DNA from: Flavobacteriales bacterium
Lineage (GTDB): Bacteria; Bacteroidota; Bacteroidia; Flavobacteriales_F; PHOS-HE28
Assembly (NCBI GenBank): GCA_041747675.1
Contig: JBGTES010000008.1
Location: forward strand, 2,779-66,778
Length of the DNA stretch: 64,000 bases
Direction of reading: 5' to 3'
How positions within the stretch are numbered: the stretch's first letter is position 1; the number at the start of each line of letters is the position of its first letter. Of this stretch, positions 35,277 through 44,736 are shown in pieces. The notes under the pieces were generated by a model. The model had not been told where the DNA came from and made no database searches. It saw nothing but the letters and a program-made list of their open reading frames with translations. The translations under genes were made by a program, and so were the position numbers.

Positions 35277-36413
35277 ATGCCGTTTTCGAGCCTTCCCATA
35301 CGCCTTTGCCCGGCACTTATGCTGCTGGCATCGTGCGTATCACTCCCCCTGCATGCGCAGAAGCACAAGGAGACCTTCGACACGCTTTATGTCAACGACT
35401 ATTCGCATATCCTCACCGGCAGGGCCTATTTCAGCACCAAGGACAACTCATTCGCCCTGCGGAGCGAGGCACCTGGTCGTGATCTCGTGTACCGCCCCAA
35501 CAACCAGATCAACTGGGGGCTGGGTGCGAGCTATCGGGCGCTCACGCTGAACATCGGGATACGCATGCCACTGGTGAACGACAACAATGAACGATTCGGC
35601 AAAACACGTTACCTGGATGCACAAGCCAACATCCACACAAAGCGCACAGCCACCAACCTGTTCCTCCAGGTCTTCAGAGGTTATAATCTGAGCTCCCACA
35701 CCCTGGCGGAGGTCGGTTGGCCGGCACTTGCGGAAAGGCCCTACCGGCCCGAGTTGTACCAGTTCAACATCGGCTTCAGCAGTCTGCGCATCGCCAACAA
35801 CGACCGCTTCAGTTATCGTGCCTCCTTCTCGCAGGATGCCTGGCAGAAACGCAGCCAGGGCTCATGGTTGGTGGGGGGTTACGCAACGTTCTTCGGTGTG
35901 CGCGCAGATTCGTCGTTGGTTCCGAGCACCCTTGCGGACCAGTTCACACCGGAAGTAAGCCTGCGTCGTGGCAGTCTCTTCGATGCCGGGCCTATGGGTG
36001 GCTACGTTTACACCCTGGTCCACCGGGAACACTGGTTCGCCACGCTTTCCACCGTGGGTGGTATGGGTATCGCCATGCAGGGCCTTACCCATCCCGATCC
36101 GCTCGATGGGTCCGAAGAGTACAGCTTTGGGGCCGGTGCAGGCTATCGCTTCCAGTTGCGTGCAGCAGCGGGTTACAACAGCAGGCGCCACTACGTGGGC
36201 CTTTCCTTCAACCAGGAACGTGTGGGACACTTCCTCGGCGACGGACAGCAGTTCACATGGACCGTATCGAACATCCGTTTCAATATGGTGCGCCGCTTCG
36301 ATATGCGCGTGAAGTTCATGGACCGCGGCATCCGTTGGTTGAAGAAGAAAGGGCCGCCGATCATGGAGGATGTGCTTCCCCCGGAGACCTTGGAAGAGGC
36401 CCCGGCCGAGTGA
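35277..36413 (+). CDS. DUF4421-like outer-membrane beta-barrel protein
   Basis: The ATG at 35277 gives MPFSSLPIRLCPALMLLASCVSLPLHAQ. The region DTLYVNDYSHILTGRAYFSTKDNSFALRS...LVYRPNNQINWGLGASYRALTLNIGIRMP matches my memory of the family signature. The upstream part of ORF 34572..36413 is antisense to the previous gene. Confidence 0.6.
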   Translation: MPFSSLPIRLCPALMLLASCVSLPLHAQKHKETFDTLYVNDYSHILTGRAYFSTKDNSFALRSEAPGRDLVYRPNNQINWGLGASYRALTLNIGIRMPLVNDNNERFGKTRYLDAQANIHTKRTATNLFLQVFRGYNLSSHTLAEVGWPALAERPYRPELYQFNIGFSSLRIANNDRFSYRASFSQDAWQKRSQGSWLVGGYATFFGVRADSSLVPSTLADQFTPEVSLRRGSLFDAGPMGGYVYTLVHREHWFATLSTVGGMGIAMQGLTHPDPLDGSEEYSFGAGAGYRFQLRAAAGYNSRRHYVGLSFNQERVGHFLGDGQQFTWTVSNIRFNMVRRFDMRVKFMDRGIRWLKKKGPPIMEDVLPPETLEEAPAE

Positions 36414-36418
36414 TCGAG

Positions 36419-37468
36419 ATGGTCCGGCTTTACCTTCGTTACATGCGCCGTTTTCTACTACTTTCATGGATCACCGTTTCTTCCCTGGGCCTCCGCGCTC
36501 AGCAAGTGCTGCACTTCACCCGCACCTCCGGTTGGGATCACCAGACGCGGGAGGTGTCTTACGCGATGTTCCAGAGCATCGCGACCGAACTGGGTGTGGC
36601 GGTGGATGACGATGCCACAGGTGACTCCTTCAGTGACCCGACCACCCTTGCCCAGTATGCGGTGATCGTCTTTAGCAACACCAGTGGGAACGCGATCCTC
36701 ACGGAACAACAGCGGGCCAACTTCGAAGCGTGGGTCGCCAATGGAGGCCACGTCATGGGCATCCATGCGGCCAGCGACACCTACCGGCACAGTACGGCAA
36801 ACGGGAACAATACCGGCACCTGGGACTTTTACCCCGAGGTGATCGGTGCCAGTGTGCAGGAGAACCCGAACCATGTGAACGGCACACCTACCTACACCAT
36901 GCAAGCGCAAGGTGCCCATCCCAGCATCTACAATGTTCCCAGCCAATGGGAGAAGGCCGAGGAGTACTACTACTGGGAGGGTGGATACTACGCGGAGTTC
37001 AATACCGAGGTGCTCATCGTGGAGGAGACCTTAGGACCGAACGGAATGGTGAACAGCTATGATGCGCCACGTCCCATGAGCTGGTATCGCTTTCTACCAC
37101 AAAGCAACACCAAGGTCTTCTACACGGCGCTGGGCCACGCTCCGGACAACTACACCAGCGATACCGTGTTCCGCGCGCATATCCGGGATGCCTTGGGATG
37201 GTTGCTCCAGGGGACCACGGATATATTGACGATCCATGGTGCGATGGAAATGCATCTGTACCCGAACCCGGCGACGGACATGTTATATGTACACACAGAT
37301 GCGTCCACTGCCGGTGAGCCGCTCCAGCTCCTGGACGCAACAGGCCGTGTATTGATCAACACTACTTTGACCGGGGAACGGACAGCGCTACCGACCCAGG
37401 GATTGGCAGCTGGGAATTATGTGGTGCGGACGCCGGGATCCGTAATGACGGTCCAGATCATCCGATAA
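36419..37468 (+). CDS. ThuA-like (class-I glutamine-amidotransferase-fold) protein with T9SS C-terminal sorting domain
   Basis: Start is MVRLYLRYMRRFLLLSWITVSSLGLRAQ, with an alternative ATG at 36443. ThuA-like blocks are VLHFTRTSGWDH, YAVIVFSNTSG, GGHVMGIHAA and VFYTALGH. The CTD reads LYPNPATDMLYVHTD...GNYVVRTPGSVMTVQIIR. Confidence 0.75.
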   Translation: MVRLYLRYMRRFLLLSWITVSSLGLRAQQVLHFTRTSGWDHQTREVSYAMFQSIATELGVAVDDDATGDSFSDPTTLAQYAVIVFSNTSGNAILTEQQRANFEAWVANGGHVMGIHAASDTYRHSTANGNNTGTWDFYPEVIGASVQENPNHVNGTPTYTMQAQGAHPSIYNVPSQWEKAEEYYYWEGGYYAEFNTEVLIVEETLGPNGMVNSYDAPRPMSWYRFLPQSNTKVFYTALGHAPDNYTSDTVFRAHIRDALGWLLQGTTDILTIHGAMEMHLYPNPATDMLYVHTDASTAGEPLQLLDATGRVLINTTLTGERTALPTQGLAAGNYVVRTPGSVMTVQIIR

Positions 37469-37522
37469 CGTGGGGGTCGGCTGAAATGGGCACATGAGCA
37501 CATGCCCGCATGAGCACATGTC

Positions 37523-39340
37523 CTACGCCTCCTGCAGCTTCTTCGCCGCCTTCTTCCGCTCGTTCTCGTCCAGCAGGATCTTGCGGATGCGGAGGCTCTT
37601 GGGCGTCACTTCCAGGTATTCATCCCCGGCGATGTACTCCATGCACTCTTCCAGACTGAACTTCACGGCGGGCGCGATGTTCAGCTTCTCGTCGGTGCCA
37701 CTGGCGCGCATGTTCGTGAGTTTCTTGGTGCGCACCACATTCACCACCAGCTCTTCGCCGGGCTTGGGGCTCTCGCCGATCACCTGGCCCACGTAGATCT
37801 CTTCCGAAGGGTCCACGAAGAACTTGCCACGGTCTTGCAACTTGTCGATGGCATAAGGCACCACGGCGCCCTGTTCACCGCTGACGATGCAGCCGGGACG
37901 CGGTGCCTGGATGGCTCCCTTGAAGGGCTCGTAGCCTTTGAAGCGGTGCGCGATGATGGCCTCGCCCTCGGTGGCGGTGAGCAGCGTGTTGCGCAGACCG
38001 ATGATGCCACGTGCCGGGATGTTGAATTCCAGCACTGTGCGATCGCTCTTCTGCTCGATGTTGAGGATCTCGCCCTTGCGCCGCGTCACATTGTCGATCA
38101 CACGACTGCTGAACTGTTCCGGCACCTGCACGGTGAGCAGTTCGATGGGCTCGTGGCGGGTCCCGTCGATCTCCTTGTACAGCACCTGCGGCTGGCCCAG
38201 CTGGAACTCATAGCCCTCGCGGCGCATGGTCTCCACCAAAATGCTCAGATGCAGGATGCCGCGGCCGAACACCAGCAGGCGGTCCGGGCTTTCGGTCTCC
38301 TGCAACCGCATGGCCAGGTTCTTCTCGATCTCCTTGAACAGACGGTCACGCAGGTGACGGCTGGTCACGAACTGGCCTTCCTTGCCGAAGAATGGCGAGT
38401 TGTTGATGGTGAAGAGCATGCTCATCGTGGGCTCATCCACTTTGAACTTCGACAAGCCTTCCGGATTCTCCGCATCAGCCACCGTATCGCCGATATCGAA
38501 GTTCTCCAGCCCCATCACCGCCACGATCTCGCCGCAACCCACCTCCTCCTTCACTTTGATCTTGCCCAATCCTTCGAAGACCATCAGCTCCTTCACCTGG
38601 CCCTTTTTCACGGTGCCATCATTCTTCATCAGGGTGATCTGCTGGCCGGGCTTGATGCTGCCGCGCGTGATGCGCCCCACGGCGATACGACCCTGGAAGC
38701 TGCTGTAGTCCAGGCTGGTGATGCGCATCTGAAGTGTGCCTTCCACCTGTTTGGGCGCAGGCACATGCTCCAGGATCACGTCCAGCAGGTGGCTCACGTC
38801 CTCGGTCGGCGTCTTCCAATCGGGTCCCATCCAGCCGTTCTTGCTGCTGCCGTATACAGTGGGGAAGTTCAATTGGTCCTCTGTCGCATCCAATGCGAAC
38901 ATCAGGTCGAATACGGCCTCATGCACCTCATCAGGTGTGCAGTTGGGCTTGTCCACCTTGTTCACCACCACCACGGGCTTCAGGCCCAACTCAATGGCCT
39001 TGCCCAATACGAAGCGTGTCTGCGGCATGGGGCCCTCGAATGCATCCACCAGCAGGATCACGCCATCTGCCATGTTCAGCACGCGTTCCACCTCCCCACC
39101 GAAGTCGCTGTGGCCGGGGGTGTCGATGATGTTGATCTTCACACCCTTGTATCGCACGCTCACGTTCTTGCTGAGGATCGTGATGCCACGTTCGCGCTCC
39201 AGGTCGTTGTTGTCCAGGAGCAGGTCCTGCACCTCCTCGTTCACGCGGAAGAGCTGGCACTGATGCAGGATACGGTCCACCAGGGTGGTCTTGCCATGGT
39301 CCACGTGGGCGATGATGGCGATGTTGCGCAATTCGGTCAT
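37523..39340 (-). CDS. typA: Translational GTPase TypA/BipA
   Basis: MTELRNIAIIAHVDHGKTTLVDRIL (G1), DTPGHSDFGGEVER (G3) and NKVD (G4) are present. The full-length 605 aa are colinear with BipA. Confidence 0.95.
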   Translation of the reverse strand: MTELRNIAIIAHVDHGKTTLVDRILHQCQLFRVNEEVQDLLLDNNDLERERGITILSKNVSVRYKGVKINIIDTPGHSDFGGEVERVLNMADGVILLVDAFEGPMPQTRFVLGKAIELGLKPVVVVNKVDKPNCTPDEVHEAVFDLMFALDATEDQLNFPTVYGSSKNGWMGPDWKTPTEDVSHLLDVILEHVPAPKQVEGTLQMRITSLDYSSFQGRIAVGRITRGSIKPGQQITLMKNDGTVKKGQVKELMVFEGLGKIKVKEEVGCGEIVAVMGLENFDIGDTVADAENPEGLSKFKVDEPTMSMLFTINNSPFFGKEGQFVTSRHLRDRLFKEIEKNLAMRLQETESPDRLLVFGRGILHLSILVETMRREGYEFQLGQPQVLYKEIDGTRHEPIELLTVQVPEQFSSRVIDNVTRRKGEILNIEQKSDRTVLEFNIPARGIIGLRNTLLTATEGEAIIAHRFKGYEPFKGAIQAPRPGCIVSGEQGAVVPYAIDKLQDRGKFFVDPSEEIYVGQVIGESPKPGEELVVNVVRTKKLTNMRASGTDEKLNIAPAVKFSLEECMEYIAGDEYLEVTPKSLRIRKILLDENERKKAAKKLQEA

Positions 39341-39437
39341 GAGGGGTGCCTGAAAAGGCGCGCAAAGGTAGGGCTTCCGCTCCGGGTGTTCAGCCCCCGG
39401 CTATCTTTGTCGCCACCCGGGGAAGCCCGGGCCACAT

Positions 39438-39511
39438 GGCCCCGTAGTTCAATTGGATAGAATGACAGATTCCGGTTCTGTTGGTTGCAGGTTCGAATCC
39501 TGCCGGGGTCA
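39438..39511 (+). tRNA. tRNA-Arg (anticodon CCG)
   Basis: Hand fold: GGCCCCG TA GTTC AATTGGATA GAAT G ACAGA TTCCGGT TCTGT TGGTT GCAGG TTCGAAT CCTGC CGGGGTC A. There is one G-T pair in the acceptor stem. Confidence 0.88.
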
Positions 39512-39827
39512 CGCGTAGATGTAAGCTTGAGAGCTCACGCCCATAACGCCGGGTGCATGGCTTAGTTGGAGACACCGCCACGCGATCCCGCGCTTCATCG
39601 CACGGGTATGAGCAGCCTTGAAAGGATCGCTGGGGGGTGAAAAAAGTGGGGCAAGCGACCCGCATCGCACCGCTACGACCGCCTGCCCTTGCTTCCTTCC
39701 GGACCTGGGGGATTCAGCGGGAGCTGGTCGTACGGGACTTGCCCCGGCACAAAGGTAGGCACAAAGCACCACCAGGGCTTGGGCGGGAGTTGGAGGACGA
39801 TGCCACCCCGCGCCTTATCCTTGCAGC

Positions 39828-40784
39828 ATGGACCTCTCCATCGTCATTCCCTTGTTCAATGAAGAGGAGTCGCTGGCCCCGCTGGTGGAGCGCCTGCATG
39901 CGGTGATCGGTGGCATGGGCAGGACCTACGAGCTGATCCTGGTGGACGACGGCAGCACCGACAACTCGTGGGTGGAGATACAACGCCTGGCCACGGTGGA
40001 TGGCCGCGTGAAGGGCATCCGCTTCGGCCGCAACTATGGCAAGAGCCCTGCGCTGAACGAGGGCTTCCGCGCCGCACAGGGTGCGGTGGTGATCACCATG
40101 GACGCCGATCTGCAGGATGATCCCGAGGAGGTGCCGGCTCTCTACAGCATGATCGCGACCGAAGGCTACGATATGGTGAGCGGCTGGAAGAAGAAGCGTT
40201 TCGATCCCATCACCAAGACGATCCCCACCAAACTCTTCAACTGGACCATCCGCCGGGCGAGCGGGTTGAAACTGCACGATTTCAATTGTGGGCTGAAGGC
40301 TTACCGCAGTGAGGTGGTGAAGAACATCGAGGTCTTCGGCGAGATGCACCGGTATATCCCCTTCATCGTGCACAAGGAGGGTTTCCGCCGCATTGGCGAG
40401 AAGGTGGTACGGCATCACCGCCGCAAGTACGGCCACAGCAAGTTCGGGTTCGACCGCTTCATCAACGGCTTTCTCGACCTGCTCACGATCACCTATATCT
40501 TCCGATTCGGCAAAAAACCCATGCACTTCTTCGGGGGCCTGGGCACGCTGATGTTCATCCTCGGTTTCGGAGCTTCGGCTTGGTTGGTGGGCAGTAAGCT
40601 GTGGCATCTCTTCGTCCTGGAACGCGCCGCGCCCCTGGTGGCGGATCAAGCCCTGTTCTTCGTAGCGCTAACGGCCATGATCATCGGTGTACAGCTGTTC
40701 ACCGCGGGATTCGTGGCCGAGTTGGTGAGCCGTAACAGCGACGACCGCAACCGCTACCGCGTGCAGGAGCGTTTCGGTTGCTGA
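39828..40784 (+). CDS. Family-2 glycosyltransferase, polyprenyl-phosphate sugar synthase type (GtrB/ArnC/DPM1-like)
   Basis: MDLSIVIPLFNEEESL, LILVDDGSTDNS and the DAD motif (VVITMDADLQDDPEE) are present. Two C-terminal TM helices (FFGGLGTLMFILGF..., LFFVALTAMIIGVQLFTAGFVAELV) are typical of GtrB-like enzymes. Confidence 0.88.
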   Translation: MDLSIVIPLFNEEESLAPLVERLHAVIGGMGRTYELILVDDGSTDNSWVEIQRLATVDGRVKGIRFGRNYGKSPALNEGFRAAQGAVVITMDADLQDDPEEVPALYSMIATEGYDMVSGWKKKRFDPITKTIPTKLFNWTIRRASGLKLHDFNCGLKAYRSEVVKNIEVFGEMHRYIPFIVHKEGFRRIGEKVVRHHRRKYGHSKFGFDRFINGFLDLLTITYIFRFGKKPMHFFGGLGTLMFILGFGASAWLVGSKLWHLFVLERAAPLVADQALFFVALTAMIIGVQLFTAGFVAELVSRNSDDRNRYRVQERFGC

Positions 40785-40806
40785 GCCCGGTCAACGATCG
40801 CCGTGC

Positions 40807-42225
40807 ATGGGAACACGCAGGCCCGATATCCTTCTCCTTCTGCTTCTTGTGTTGCTCCTGGCCCGCCATGCCTGGCTCGCGACATATGTAAATCCCTATG
40901 CGGACGATCTGAACTATGCCGTGGTAGGTCAGCGGGAAGGGCTGATGACGCAGCTGGGGGTGGAGTACCGATCCTGGAATGGTCGCTGGGCCTCGAATGT
41001 CGCCGTGCTGCGCGGGCCGCTCACTTGGGGAGAAGCGGGAGACCTATTCTGGTACCGTCTGATGCCAGTGGTCTTCATCCTGCTTACCGCCCTGGCCGCA
41101 TTCGTCTTGCTGCGCACACTGTTCCGCGATGCGCTGGATCGCCTGCGTACGGCCATCGTGGCATTGTCCTTCACAGCGTTCTATCTGCACCTGATGCCGC
41201 ACCTGGGCCAGGGGATCTTTTGGTATACGGGTGCCGTCACCTACCAACTGGCCAATGTGCTGATGTTGTTCCACATGGCCACGGTGATCGTGCTGCTGCG
41301 ACCTGGTGCTCCAAGGCCCGGGCTGATCCTCATGTCCGCACTGTCATTGCTGCTGGCATCGGGTTTCAATGAAGTGGCGATGGTGTTGCTGGTGGTCTTC
41401 CATGCCGTGCTGCTTTTCATTCGCTGGAAGTCCGGCGCCGGTGTGCCGGTGCTTTCCGTGGCATGGCTGCTGATCGCACTGGGCGGGGCCTTCGTGATGG
41501 CGACCGCGCCGGGCAACGCGGTGCGTGCGGATCATTTCCCGGCCCGCCATGATCCATTTCTCACCCTCGCATGGTCCACGCTTCAGACAGGTCGTTTTGG
41601 CGTGATCTGGATCTTCGCTCCAGCCATGCTGGTGACGGTGCTACTGGCGCTGCCCTGGTGCAGGCGGTTGGTGGAACGGTCTGAGGAATTCGCGGCACTG
41701 GTCGCCATGCACCCGCATCTTTGGCTGGCCATCACCTTCGGGATGGTCTTCGTTGTGATGGTTCTGCCCTACTGGTCCACTGGCCTGTTGGGCCAGCACC
41801 GCACGGTGAATGTGGCGCTCTTCTTTTTCATCCCACTGTGGTTCGTCACGGTGGCTTCGATCGACCGTGCCTTTTCCAGGGGGCGCGCATGGACTGTGCC
41901 TTTTGCTGGTCCGCGTGCGCGGTGGATCCCACTGGCATTGCTGGTGGCCATGCTTTTCTATACAGGCAATGATCGCCGGGTGTCTCACGACCTGATCATG
42001 GGTGTCGCGGTGCGCCATGATGCACGGATGCAGGAGCGTTACAGCACGGTACGCACAGCGATGGAGGAAGGTCGGCGGGAGGTGGTCGTGCCTGCGATGT
42101 TGGAAGTCCCTGCGAGCCTGGGCCCGTTGGACGCCGGACCGGAGCCCACGCACTGGATCAACCGCAGCCTGGCCGCGTGGCTGGGTGACGAGGAGTTCCG
42201 GATCACCGTGGCCGCTGGGCAATGA
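40807..42225 (+). CDS. Polytopic membrane protein, possible GT-C-type glycosyltransferase
   Basis: There are at least 10 predicted TM segments. The N-terminal region LATYVNPYADDLNYAV has acidic residues in the first loop. It sits 22 nt downstream of the GtrB-like gene. The function is inferred from context only. Confidence 0.6.
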   Translation: MGTRRPDILLLLLLVLLLARHAWLATYVNPYADDLNYAVVGQREGLMTQLGVEYRSWNGRWASNVAVLRGPLTWGEAGDLFWYRLMPVVFILLTALAAFVLLRTLFRDALDRLRTAIVALSFTAFYLHLMPHLGQGIFWYTGAVTYQLANVLMLFHMATVIVLLRPGAPRPGLILMSALSLLLASGFNEVAMVLLVVFHAVLLFIRWKSGAGVPVLSVAWLLIALGGAFVMATAPGNAVRADHFPARHDPFLTLAWSTLQTGRFGVIWIFAPAMLVTVLLALPWCRRLVERSEEFAALVAMHPHLWLAITFGMVFVVMVLPYWSTGLLGQHRTVNVALFFFIPLWFVTVASIDRAFSRGRAWTVPFAGPRARWIPLALLVAMLFYTGNDRRVSHDLIMGVAVRHDARMQERYSTVRTAMEEGRREVVVPAMLEVPASLGPLDAGPEPTHWINRSLAAWLGDEEFRITVAAGQ

Positions 42226-43914
42226 TCAGCTTGCGATCTTTAGCGGCGCATCCTCCACGAAGAGCTCCTTGAATAGTCGTTCATCGTGGCCGTAAACATC
42301 CTCGCGGAAGTTCAAGCGGCCCTCACCATCCACCCAGGCGGTGAAATAGACGATGCTCACCGGTCGCTTCCGTTCCAGCATGATGGTGCGTTCCCGACCT
42401 GCGCGCATGGCCTGGCGGATCCGTTCCGGTGTCCACTCGGGATCTTCCTGCAGCAGGTATTCCGCAAGCCATACCGGTTCGCTGATGCGGATGCATCCAT
42501 AACTGAATGCGCGTTGCTCCCTGGCGAAGTGACCCTTGCTCGGGGTGTCATGGAAATAGATGTGATACTGGTTCGGGAACAGGAATTTCACAAGCCCCAA
42601 AGCATTTGACGGGCCTGGTTTCTGGCGCACGGTGTAGGGGATGCCGGAGCTGTACCTGCTCCAGTCGATACCATGTGGCGAGACCACCTTCCCGCCGCTG
42701 AGCAGTTCCATCTGGCGCGAAGCCAGGTAATTGGTGTTCTTCTTCAGGTTGGGAAGGATCTCCGCACGTATGATCCCGGGGGGCACGGTCCAGGTGGGGC
42801 TCAGCGCCAGGCGATCCATCACGTTGCTGAAGATCACGGTGCGTGAAGCGGCCTTGCCCACCACTACATCCATACTCTTCACCAGGCTGTCGCGGTCGTA
42901 CACATGCAGGCGGAATTCCGGGATGTTCACCAGGATGAGGTCCGCAGGCTGCTCGGCATCCACCCAGCGCAGTCGTTCCATGTTGATCAGGATGGTGCGC
43001 AGCCGATCGGCCATGGGAATATTGATCGCCTTGAGCAGTCCAGGGCCGATCACGCCATCGGGATGCAGACCATGGCGCACCTGGAAGCGCTGTATGGCAG
43101 GCACCATGCTGCTATCGTATACCGTACCGGTCCCGCTACTGTCCAGATCACCGATCAATACCAGTCGTTCGCGCAGCATAGCGATCACCTCGGAGCTGTC
43201 GCCAGGCTCCAATTTGCGCGTACCGTTGGGCAGGACCAAAGCAGGCCAGAATGTGTCGGCGAGTTCATGGTAGCCTTGCACGTACCGTTTCAGCTGCCCA
43301 TATTGGGGGTGGACGGGCTCGTAGGCTGATAGATCCGTGATGCCCTTGGCGAGTGAGTCCAGGAGGCGGGAGGCATCCTTCCGGCCCTGTGGGATGAACC
43401 AATCCAGTTCGCGGAGGTCGCGCTTCAGGTAGCCGCCATACTTCTTGTCAGCGAAGCGGAAGAACTGGGCCGTGAGGCGAAGCTCAAGGTCGGTGGCGCA
43501 ACTGTCACACAACACGATGCGGCGGCCCTCGGCGAATCCCTGTTGATAGAGCTCCACCAGCCGTTGGTTCAACTCAGTGGCCTTGGGCAGGGTGGTGTCT
43601 GCGGTGCTCACCAGGGCGATGAAGGCATCGGCGGAGGCGGACAAAGAATCGCTGACGATCCATGCGAACTGCATCGCACGGCGCCCATAGAATGCGGCGA
43701 TGGCGGCCGAGTCGACGAGATATTCGGGGTGCTGGCTGAAGAAGGCGGCCAGGTCCAGGCTGTCCAGCGCGCGCACGCTGTAGGGGGCCGGCGTCTCAAA
43801 AACCTCGGCGATCGCCAGGCTCTGCTGTGCCAGGGTCAGATCTTCCGGAGGTGTTTCTGGTGTGCAGGCGCAGAGGATGACGACGGGGAAGAGGACGGGT
43901 ATCGAACGTTCCAT
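42226..43914 (-). CDS. L,D-transpeptidase, YcbB-like (PG-binding domain + YkuD catalytic domain)
   Basis: The probable start is the internal Met (MERSIPVLFPVVILCACTP, lipobox), about 43914 by ORF arithmetic. The PG_binding_1 motif is MVPAIQRFQVRHGLHPDGVIG. The catalytic block is YFHDTPSKGHFAREQRAFSYGCIRI (His...Ser-x-Gly-Cys). Confidence 0.85.
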   Translation of the reverse strand: MERSIPVLFPVVILCACTPETPPEDLTLAQQSLAIAEVFETPAPYSVRALDSLDLAAFFSQHPEYLVDSAAIAAFYGRRAMQFAWIVSDSLSASADAFIALVSTADTTLPKATELNQRLVELYQQGFAEGRRIVLCDSCATDLELRLTAQFFRFADKKYGGYLKRDLRELDWFIPQGRKDASRLLDSLAKGITDLSAYEPVHPQYGQLKRYVQGYHELADTFWPALVLPNGTRKLEPGDSSEVIAMLRERLVLIGDLDSSGTGTVYDSSMVPAIQRFQVRHGLHPDGVIGPGLLKAINIPMADRLRTILINMERLRWVDAEQPADLILVNIPEFRLHVYDRDSLVKSMDVVVGKAASRTVIFSNVMDRLALSPTWTVPPGIIRAEILPNLKKNTNYLASRQMELLSGGKVVSPHGIDWSRYSSGIPYTVRQKPGPSNALGLVKFLFPNQYHIYFHDTPSKGHFAREQRAFSYGCIRISEPVWLAEYLLQEDPEWTPERIRQAMRAGRERTIMLERKRPVSIVYFTAWVDGEGRLNFREDVYGHDERLFKELFVEDAPLKIAS

Positions 43915-43952
43915 GACCACAAAGGAACGTGTACAAGGCCGAACACTCCTGG

Positions 43953-44585
43953 CTATTGGCCGTGCACGTACAGCAGACCGCCATCGGCGAGCAGGTCGAT
44001 CAGCAGCTGCATCTCCGTACGTTCCACCGCCGGGCAACCCCAGCTGCGGCCCAGGCGCCCATGCTGTGCGATGAAATCCTCGCTCACATAATCCGCCCCG
44101 TGGATGATCACCTCCCTTGCCAGGGCTTGATCGTTCAGGCCCGGATCTAGTCCATGTAACAACAGCGCCGGGCCATGCTTTGGGCTCACGATCTCCACGC
44201 CGACACGGTAGAGTCCCAGGCTCGTCTGGTGCGAGCCATGCCGGTTGCTGAAATCTTCGGCCATCAACTCACCGGTGCCTTGCCCGTGGGCCACCAGGGT
44301 GCGCTTCACCAGCCGGCGAGATGCCAGATCGATCAGGTAGAGCCGCTTCTCCGTGCTCGGAAGTGTCATATCCGCGATGGCAAGGGTCTTCAATTCTCCG
44401 TCATGCACTTCCAGCCGCTCATATGCTGCGCGGAATACCGGTTCGGGCATCACACCATCCAACCCCAACTGGGAATGCATCTCAACCACCGGGTCGGCCG
44501 GGATCACCACCAATGTGGGCCCTGCTGGCGCTGTGGGCAACAGGCGCAGCAGCAGCGAGGACAGAAAGAGAAAGGTGGTCAGCAT
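43953..44585 (-). CDS. L,D-transpeptidase catalytic-domain family protein (YkuD_2-like)
   Basis: Signal is MLTTFLFLSSLLLRLLP. Motifs are RLYLIDLASRRLVKRTLVAHGQGTG, IIHGADYV and GRLGRSWGCPAV (catalytic Cys). Confidence 0.75.
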   Translation of the reverse strand: MLTTFLFLSSLLLRLLPTAPAGPTLVVIPADPVVEMHSQLGLDGVMPEPVFRAAYERLEVHDGELKTLAIADMTLPSTEKRLYLIDLASRRLVKRTLVAHGQGTGELMAEDFSNRHGSHQTSLGLYRVGVEIVSPKHGPALLLHGLDPGLNDQALAREVIIHGADYVSEDFIAQHGRLGRSWGCPAVERTEMQLLIDLLADGGLLYVHGQ

Positions 44586-44736
44586 TGTTCCGAAGCAGGT
44601 CTACCGCGATCCCCATGTGCCGGTCTTCCATTCCGGCGGGCCTCATCGGCGGCGTGAAGATAACGATCGTGCGATAGGGTTCTTGTACGGGAATGTAACC
44701 CAGTGGTTCACCGTGGGATGATCTCCCATGTTCTGC

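Noticed and set aside
37469-37522. The gap between the convergent ThuA-like and typA genes contains a repeated CATGAGCACATG (GGGCACATGAGCACATGCCCGCATGAGCACATGTCC).
   Set aside because: It is only a short tandem duplication with a weak 5-bp stem (GGGCA/TGCCC). It is probably just a poor bidirectional terminator region, with too little structure to call.
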